Assembly (NCBI GenBank): GCA_947626515.1
Contig: CANQSL010000005.1
Coordinates: 1 to 48,363 of the forward strand
Length of the DNA stretch: 48,363 nucleotides
Source of the DNA: an uncultured Bacilli bacterium
GTDB lineage: Bacteria; Bacillota_I; Bacilli_A; RF39; UBA660
Direction: 5' to 3'
Position numbers and translations under genes: made by a program. This document shows positions 30,908 to 37,849 of this stretch, piece by piece; the first letter of the stretch is position 1, and each line of letters starts with the position of its first letter. Below the pieces are notes generated by a model. It worked only from the letters and a program-made list of their open reading frames with translations, was not told where the DNA came from and ran no database searches.

Positions 30908-32959
30908 CTATTCTTGATATTTTCGCATTATCTCACTAAAAATTGTTGGGAATTTAGCTTTATACCAAGAAAATTTATATGTGATTAAAGTATAAGAAAT
31001 AATATGAGATTTTAAAGGTACATAACCTATATTTTCTAAGTTAGAAATATCTTCTCGGTAGACTTTTAAGTCTTTAATTAGTTCTTTATTTTTTGATAAA
31101 TCTTTAATTTTATCTGTTATACCATTACTATGTAAAAGACCAACTATATTAATTAGATCATCAAAGTTATGAGGTTTTATAATATTTATTATAGATTTAG
31201 CAAAATCATAGTCTAACTCAAACAAATCTTCTGTATCACCCTTATTTATTAAATCAAAAACATCTTTATCATTTAACGGTATATCAGATAATTTAACTTT
31301 AGTTAAATCTTCTAATTCTTTTATTATTGTAGGTAATCTATGTCCTAATATATCACATTTAATAATATTTGAATCAAGATCATGATAATCAAAATGTGTA
31401 CTTAAATAATTATATTTATTATCGTTATTGGGATAGTTACAAGGAGTAAAATCATATACTTCTTTGTCCTTAGGTATTAAAAATACTCCCCCAGGATGTT
31501 GACCAGTATGTTTTAATTTGCCTTCTAGTTTTTTTATTAATCGAGATTTTTCTTGTTTACTTATATCTAAATTCTTTTGAATAATCTTTTCTTCAGCACT
31601 AATAGCCTGCGTTAAGGCAATAGCTCCCGCTCTAATCGCATAATCTTTTCCCCAAAAATCAATTAAATAATTGATTAAATCTTTTTGAATACAATTAGCA
31701 AAATTAATATCAATATCTGGAATTTTTTCGACATTTGACCCAAGAAAATTATAATAAGGAATATTAAAGCCATCTTTTTTTAGTTCATTATGACATTTTG
31801 GACAATCTTTATTAGGCATATCTAATCCATAACTATAAATTAAAGTATTATCAAAATAAAATTTTTTACACTTTGTGCAATAATAATGAGGAGGAAGAGG
31901 ATTTATATTGGTAATACCAATTAAATAAGCAATAAATGATGAAGCAACACCACCGCGAACAAATGAAGGGTATCCCATATCATAAGACTTATCAACAAGT
32001 TTTTTAGATATTAAAAATAAAGATTCTGTATTAGTATTAATTATTCCATATTTATTAGAACTATCTTTACCATATAATTCTTCATGTATTCTATTTGTGA
32101 TAATATTCGGAACGTTTTCACCACATAATTCATTTATTTTTTTATTGATTATTCTTAATATTTTATTTTTACTATCTTTTATTTGAGGCAAATAACATTT
32201 ATCACTAAGTATTTTTATATCATTAATTAAACTTGCGAGTTTATTTGTGTTTTTAACAACTATGTCATAAGCTAAATCTTTATCTAAAAAGTTAAAGTCA
32301 TTTAACATTTCCTTAGTTGTCTTTAAATAACTAGCTAGTTTATTATCTTTAAAAAGCATTTTATAGTCGTCTTGTTCTTCTTTCTTTAAATAACAAACAT
32401 TACCTGTTGCTATAACAATTTTACGAACTTCTTTAGCAATATTTATTATTCTTTTCAAATAATTCTTATCTAAAGCTGAATTTACCTCAATAAAATCCCA
32501 CCATATTAAATCATCTTTAATTTGATAATCTTCTAAATTATCATATATATCTTCCATATAAGATAAATCTAAACCATATAATAATCCTTCACTTAAAAGA
32601 CCTAATTCATCTTTAGTTATAACTTGTTTTCCATATTTATCTAAATAAGTAGTTTTAATTTTAGTAATTATTCTATATAAGTTTTTTAATCCTTCTTGGG
32701 TTCTTACTAATATTGTAATTGGAATAATAGTATCAAATACAAGCATTTTTACAACAGTTCCATAAATAATCTTAAAATCAGTAATATTGTTAGTCTTTAG
32801 ATATTTCTCTATTTTAGGAAAATTATAAACATTATTAAAATCAGTAATAGCGACTCTATTTAAGCCTATACTTTTTGCATAGTTAATTAACTCTTTAAAA
32901 TTAATAATACTATCTTTAGTCATTTTAGTAAAAACTTTAAATTCTACTCTTTCTAACAT
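30908..32959 (-). CDS. minimal PolC-type family C DNA polymerase (degenerate PHP + palm/thumb + partial fingers)
   Basis: RGGVASS, PLPPHYYC..C, C..C..LKKDGFNIP, PDIDINF, GQHPGG, THFDYH and KCDILGH; 683 aa versus about 1430 for PolC. Confidence 0.9.
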   Translation of the reverse strand: MLERVEFKVFTKMTKDSIINFKELINYAKSIGLNRVAITDFNNVYNFPKIEKYLKTNNITDFKIIYGTVVKMLVFDTIIPITILVRTQEGLKNLYRIITKIKTTYLDKYGKQVITKDELGLLSEGLLYGLDLSYMEDIYDNLEDYQIKDDLIWWDFIEVNSALDKNYLKRIINIAKEVRKIVIATGNVCYLKKEEQDDYKMLFKDNKLASYLKTTKEMLNDFNFLDKDLAYDIVVKNTNKLASLINDIKILSDKCYLPQIKDSKNKILRIINKKINELCGENVPNIITNRIHEELYGKDSSNKYGIINTNTESLFLISKKLVDKSYDMGYPSFVRGGVASSFIAYLIGITNINPLPPHYYCTKCKKFYFDNTLIYSYGLDMPNKDCPKCHNELKKDGFNIPYYNFLGSNVEKIPDIDINFANCIQKDLINYLIDFWGKDYAIRAGAIALTQAISAEEKIIQKNLDISKQEKSRLIKKLEGKLKHTGQHPGGVFLIPKDKEVYDFTPCNYPNNDNKYNYLSTHFDYHDLDSNIIKCDILGHRLPTIIKELEDLTKVKLSDIPLNDKDVFDLINKGDTEDLFELDYDFAKSIINIIKPHNFDDLINIVGLLHSNGITDKIKDLSKNKELIKDLKVYREDISNLENIGYVPLKSHIISYTLITYKFSWYKAKFPTIFSEIMRKYQE

Positions 32960-32974
32960 TTTAATATCAACTCC

Positions 32975-33580
32975 TTAACATATATCTATAATATTATAGT
33001 TTTTATCATCAAATACAAATTTTAATGAATCATTTACTTTAGCGATTTTCCAATCTAAGAATTTATTTTTTAATTTACTATCCTCAGTAAATAAAATTAC
33101 ATAAGTATTATTTTTTTTACTATACTCTTCTATAGTTTTTTTAATCATTTTAATATCTTTATTTGATTCTTTTAAAAGTTTGTCAAAATCATCAATTATA
33201 ATGACATCATAAGATTCAATTGTATTTTTATCAAATATATAATCTAGCCAATCTTCATCAAAAACTTTATTGTTACTTATTACAATGTAAGATTTACGTA
33301 TCTTTTCTATAGCTAATACAAATTTATTATAATCAATTTTCTCTTTTGTTACTGCCTTTGTTTTTGCTCCTACTGGAAACATATAACTTTCTACAAGTTT
33401 AAAGTCTATTTTTGAAATTAAAGAGATTAAACGATTTACATAATAAGAAGAATTAAATATAAATGATTGCAAATAAATCTTTTTTTGTTCTCTTATTCCA
33501 TATACTTCTAGAATATTAATTAACAAAGGAATATGGTTGTTTAAGTTATCACTAAGGATAACAGAAATATTATCATTCAT
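32975..33580 (-). CDS. degenerate DnaB-like (RecA-fold) domain protein, Walker A lost
   Basis: NRLISLISKID, LAIEKIRKSYIVI, DVIIIDDFDKL and EYSKKNNTYVILFTE follow the DnaB C-terminal layout; paralog of 29474-30208. Confidence 0.65.
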   Translation of the reverse strand: MNDNISVILSDNLNNHIPLLINILEVYGIREQKKIYLQSFIFNSSYYVNRLISLISKIDFKLVESYMFPVGAKTKAVTKEKIDYNKFVLAIEKIRKSYIVISNNKVFDEDWLDYIFDKNTIESYDVIIIDDFDKLLKESNKDIKMIKKTIEEYSKKNNTYVILFTEDSKLKNKFLDWKIAKVNDSLKFVFDDKNYNIIDIC

Positions 33581-34352
33581 GAGTTTCTTCCTCTTTCAAT
33601 ATTCTGTCATCCTCAGCAAATTCAATAGGACAATCTTCATTAAAAAGATTAACAGTAGCTCCAATATGATTGTTATCTAAATCAATATTCGTAATAATAG
33701 CTTGAAGATTTTTAAAAGGACCAGTTAAAATCTTTACTTTATCTCCTTTCTTTACATCTTCAAACGGAGTATATACATCAATTGTTTCTTCTTGGCTATT
33801 ATTTCTAGTCTTTCTTATATTTGGCCAAACACCTAATCTAACATGATTAGATTTTACTAATGGAACATCATACCCATAAAAATACTTATTAATGCAATAC
33901 ATTTCGTATTCCGTAGATAAGCCATAAAGTACTGGAGCATCATAGCCAAAATAAGTTGTAGCACAAGATATATATTTTTGAACATCAGTAGAATCTTGAT
34001 GTTCTTTTAATAATTTACATTGATCAATAATATTATCTTTAGAATCTAGAAGCTCTGCAATAAAATCCATATCATAATCGGCAGGTGTAATAATGCCAAG
34101 AGACTCAGGAATAATTAAAGGTTCCTCACTATCTCGTACTTCTAAACCATAATAATACTTAACAATACAATATAAAATATACTTGGCATCTAAATCATAA
34201 TCACGACATGTATTAGCAAAAATAAGTCTATCGATATATTGTCTTACCCCCTTTCGATACTTAAACTTGCTTAATTCCTTTAATTGATCAACAATATTAT
34301 CCTTGCTATCAACTATTTTTTGAACATACTTAGATGAGCGTGCATAATTCAT
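33573..34352 (-). CDS. tandem-repeat protein with C-terminal NusG-type KOW domain
   Basis: KKGDKVKILTGPFKNLQAIITNID...VNLFNEDCPIEF; two DSKDNI.DQ...YCI.KY.YG repeats; start at 34352 after AAGGGAGG. Confidence 0.8.
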   Translation of the reverse strand: MNYARSSKYVQKIVDSKDNIVDQLKELSKFKYRKGVRQYIDRLIFANTCRDYDLDAKYILYCIVKYYYGLEVRDSEEPLIIPESLGIITPADYDMDFIAELLDSKDNIIDQCKLLKEHQDSTDVQKYISCATTYFGYDAPVLYGLSTEYEMYCINKYFYGYDVPLVKSNHVRLGVWPNIRKTRNNSQEETIDVYTPFEDVKKGDKVKILTGPFKNLQAIITNIDLDNNHIGATVNLFNEDCPIEFAEDDRILKEEETHE

Positions 34353-34475
34353 TAAAATTTTTCCTCCCTTCATTATATCAAGTATATCACTCTTTTTTTT
34401 ACACTTTTTAGGCGACAATAAAAAAAATATTATTTCCTTGTTTTTAAGAAAATAATATAGTTTTTGTAATTGCAT

Positions 34476-35504
34476 TTAATGAATAATATACCATTCATTT
34501 TTACTATAATCATAACCAATATTGCGATATAATTTATTGTAATCTATCATATATCTTTCAGCTTGTCTTATTGAAATATTAAATTCATTTGCTAAATTAC
34601 TAGTTTTTATAGTTTTTTTATTCTTCAAAAATTTATTTATAGCAGAAAGAATTTTAATTTTAGATGAAGAAAAATTTATTCTTTCAGTATTTAAAATATA
34701 ATCATAATACAATTCTGTTATTTCATAATCGTCAAGTATTTCACTAGCAAAATTAATATTAGTATATTTAATATAACTTTGCTTAATCTTTTCTTCATCC
34801 TCAGTAATAATATAAACTAAATTAAAATGATTAAATAATTTCCGATATTTTTTATCTATACTAAGACAATCTTTTACTTCTAAAAAATTATCATAAATCA
34901 ATAATAGAAAACCTTGCTTTCTTTGAAGATCAATAATATTTTTTACAGATTTAATATAAGGAAAATGAAAAAAGGTATGATTTTCATCTTCATATTTAGC
35001 AATATCTCTTTTATCAGTAAGAGAACCATTATAATTACCACATATGTAAACATTTCTACCTACATGGTCTAAGCCAATACTATTTTTATAGGGTTCTATT
35101 TTAATAAATGGATACTTATCCATATTTAATTTTTTTAATAATTCATTTTGTAATTTTAAAGCTTCATCATAAGATGCATTTTCTTTAGTACATAATATTC
35201 TTAATATTTTAGGATTTACATAAATAAATATTATTAAATCACATGGAACAATTTTATTACTAAATAAAGGGATTCCATTTTTTATTTCAATTAATTTTTC
35301 AAGAGATTTAACATCATTTTGATTCACATTAATATAACCATACTTAGCTATAAATAAATCATCTAATACTTTTTGATATAATTCGCCTGTTTTTAATTGA
35401 TATTTTAAACTATTAAAATCTATTCCAATAGTACCTAATATTAAAATACTTTTATCTGTATTTTTATTTAATACTTTTTTGATTTCTTTATACTCTTTAT
35501 TCAT
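34476..35504 (-). CDS. putative regulator: degenerate P-loop-like regions plus C-terminal winged HTH
   Basis: C-terminal LKNKKTIKTSNLANEFNISIRQAERYM...IGYDYSKNEWYI resembles HTH_11/WYL-type wHTH; SILILGTIG and LLLIYDN resemble eroded Walker motifs. Confidence 0.6.
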   Translation of the reverse strand: MNKEYKEIKKVLNKNTDKSILILGTIGIDFNSLKYQLKTGELYQKVLDDLFIAKYGYINVNQNDVKSLEKLIEIKNGIPLFSNKIVPCDLIIFIYVNPKILRILCTKENASYDEALKLQNELLKKLNMDKYPFIKIEPYKNSIGLDHVGRNVYICGNYNGSLTDKRDIAKYEDENHTFFHFPYIKSVKNIIDLQRKQGFLLLIYDNFLEVKDCLSIDKKYRKLFNHFNLVYIITEDEEKIKQSYIKYTNINFASEILDDYEITELYYDYILNTERINFSSSKIKILSAINKFLKNKKTIKTSNLANEFNISIRQAERYMIDYNKLYRNIGYDYSKNEWYIIH

Positions 35505-35757
35505 ATTATTTTCCTTTGTATATTTATTATATCATCATTTGTATTATTAATTTAAATAGTTACTATATTTCTCTCTTTTGTAGGTGTCTATTAAATATTA
35601 GAATAAATAGCAATATTCCTAAAGAACCGCCCAATAATGAAAAAACTATTAAAACATTATCCTTTTGTCCTTTTTCTGTATTTGTAGAAATATTTATTGC
35701 TATTAAGTAATATTAAAATAATTGCAGCTTCATAAAATCGACCTAAGATAATAATTA

Positions 35758-35979
35758 TCAATTTATGTATTTTTTTAGCCATTCTGGCATATTGGAATCT
35801 TTAATTTTCCAAGATTCTTCCATTTGCTCTTCTTCTGTCCAGTCATTTTCCTTTCCATCAAAAAATTTTTGTCTATGGCATTTATATTTAACAACAGTAT
35901 TTCCTTCTAATCTATACTCATTCCAATAATAATTTTGTTTTCCATATCCTTTCCATTCTTTAGTTCTATATATTACCAT
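35758..35979 (-). CDS. small Trp/Tyr-rich hypothetical protein (73 aa)
   Basis: [11 protein letters not shown]...PEWLKKYIN; SD AAGGAG. Confidence 0.7.
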   Translation of the reverse strand: MVIYRTKEWKGYGKQNYYWNEYRLEGNTVVKYKCHRQKFFDGKENDWTEEEQMEESWKIKDSNMPEWLKKYIN

Positions 35980-36450
35980 ATATTCTCCTTTATATCCTAT
36001 TGATAAACTGACGTTTTCATAAAAAAATATTAACATATGTTTATAATTTTATCAATAAAGTTTTATCATAGATTATTTCCCATAAAATTAATGTGTTTTA
36101 GTCCATTTTTTATTATTGAAAATTGAACTCAAAGTTAAAATTTACTAATATATTAAAGAATTTTCAAAATTATAATCCTGATATCTATTATATAATGACT
36201 TAAGAATAATTAATCTATAAATAAGTGTGATAATGTTATTTTATTGTAGTACTAAAAATCTTGGTAAGTATATATCTATTTTAGATAATAAATAAGATTT
36301 TTTTGTATGTTTCAATAGCACGATATTTCAAATACATATTAATAAACCTTACCTCTCTTTTTAATTTGCAATTGTGCCATGATAAACTACTTCTTTACTA
36401 ATTTTGATTAGTAAACGAAAAATGCCAACATTCAGTTGACATATATCATT

Positions 36451-36530
36451 TTCCTCATATTATATTGATGTTGAGAAAATTACGAGGCATTTTTCCTCAT
36501 TTTTTGATAAAATGAGGTATAAATGAGGAA
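36451..36530. repeat. ATGAGG(A/T)A repeat cluster, integrase arm-like
   Basis: TTCCTCAT twice (36451, 36493) and ATGAGGTA/ATGAGGAA (36512, 36523), next to the secA-tail copy. Confidence 0.55.
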
Positions 36531-36567
36531 ATTTTTATTATTTTTTACTTGTAAGCAATTTATAATT

Positions 36568-36625
36568 CCTTATAAAACCTACTATTTACCACAGCAATTC
36601 TTATACTTCTTGCCTGAGCCGCAAG
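36568..36625 (-). repeat. second copy of the secA 3' end (att-like), synonymously diverged
   Basis: 48/58 nt identical to 37836-37893; both encode CGSGKKYKNCCGK* followed by TAGGTTTTATAAGG. Confidence 0.92.
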
Positions 36626-36644
36626 TTCCTTATAATCTAGTACA

Positions 36645-36778
36645 TATAGTATTTATAGTATTACCGGTATTATCGGTATTCTAAAGAATTTTAGGTCTGG
36701 TAACAAATAGTATTTATGTTATTTATAGTATTATGTTTACTATAAATATCTCATAAAATGGGAACAAATTGGGAACAT
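36645..36778. repeat. AGTATT(T)A periodic repeats and tandem TGGGAACA repeats, att-arm-like
   Basis: About 9-10 bp periodic (A/G)GTATT units at 36645-36745; TGGGAACA at 36759 and 36770. Confidence 0.55.
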
Positions 36779-36885
36779 TGTTATCATTCGCCTACAAGTA
36801 TATTTTAGCACAAATAATTAGTTAATAACAACTTTTTTATTTAGCTTATTACACAATTGTAGTTTTATATTATAAAGTAGTTAAT

Positions 36886-37488
36886 TTAAAATTTTTTTTC
36901 GTATATAAATGCTAGTTCTTTATTAACTTTTCCTAATTTTCCATATTCTTTATTTTCAATAATAGTTTGATAAACTTTTTTGCATCCAACGCTTTCATAT
37001 ACTCCATAACTACATGATTCATCAGTTAATATTTGAAGATTTTTCATATTGTCTTTTTTTGCTAAATCAAATACATCTAACAATAATTTTTTGCCTATGC
37101 CTCTTCCCCTATATGATTTATCCAAAATCAACATTGATAATTCACCATCAAAATAATCTCTCATATTATCAGGAACATAATCATAATTTTTTTCATATTC
37201 CTTTAAAGCATTAACATCTTTTATTTCTTTACTTTTATATAATAGCTTTTTAACAAAAGCATAAAATTTTTTCTTTAATATATGCTTTTTTGAGTTCCAT
37301 TTTGAATAACCTGCAAACCCCAACAATTTATTATTTTCCTTATAATAAACAAATTGTTCTGATTCTTCTAATATTTCTAATAGATAAATCCATGCACATA
37401 ATCTTCGACTGGCACCACTTTCAACTTCGCCTAAATCCCACTCATTTTCTAATAATTCTACAGCTCTCTTCATATCATTAAGTTTCAT
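36886..37488 (-). CDS. GNAT family N-acetyltransferase
   Basis: LDKSYRGRGIGKKLL acetyl-CoA motif; YESVG. Confidence 0.9.
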   Translation of the reverse strand: MKLNDMKRAVELLENEWDLGEVESGASRRLCAWIYLLEILEESEQFVYYKENNKLLGFAGYSKWNSKKHILKKKFYAFVKKLLYKSKEIKDVNALKEYEKNYDYVPDNMRDYFDGELSMLILDKSYRGRGIGKKLLLDVFDLAKKDNMKNLQILTDESCSYGVYESVGCKKVYQTIIENKEYGKLGKVNKELAFIYEKKF

Positions 37489-37689
37489 TTTTATCACCAA
37501 TTTTAATATTTACTTTTTTAATATTATATCATGAAAAAACAATGCTATAAATTTTTTTGTTAAATTTTATTGTCTTTTATAACTTTATTTCTTATTTATA
37601 CTTAATGAATCAAAAAACTTTACGGTAACACAAAAATATTCTTAATTACATAAAAAATCAGCACAATGCTGATTTACAATGTTATCATA

Positions 37690-37835
37690 AAATGTTCCCA
37701 TTGGGAAACCCTTGATTTTACGGGGTTTTTGGGCATTTTTGGGAACAAAATGAATTTTTTGTGCACATTTTGAGCACATTTTTCAATTTTTTGGGGTTTT
37801 TTTATGATTTTTTCAAAACCAAATGCCTCGTAAAC
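37690..37835. repeat. att-arm-like repeats downstream of secA
   Basis: TGTTCCCA/TGGGAAAC, TGGGAACA (37740), TGTGCACA/TGAGCACA and the AAACCCTTGATTTTACGGGGTTT inverted repeat. Confidence 0.6.
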
Positions 37836-37849
37836 CCTTATAAAACCTA

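Noticed and set aside
30908-32959. Housekeeping polC broken by frameshift, or a standard imuA-imuB-dnaE2 cassette
   Set aside because: The missing domains are not in adjacent frames and the deletions are internal and in-frame. The motifs are PolC-type rather than DnaE-type, and there is no Y-family ImuB.
34395-34420. PafBC/WYL-type TGTCG-N10-TA promoter motif upstream of the polymerase operon
   Set aside because: Only a partial single match (TGTCGC, final T missing), and no WYL domain was seen.
35570-35745. DUF1294-like membrane gene on the minus strand (FSLLGGSLGILL)
   Set aside because: Fragmentary with no clear start; possibly a remnant but too weak to call.
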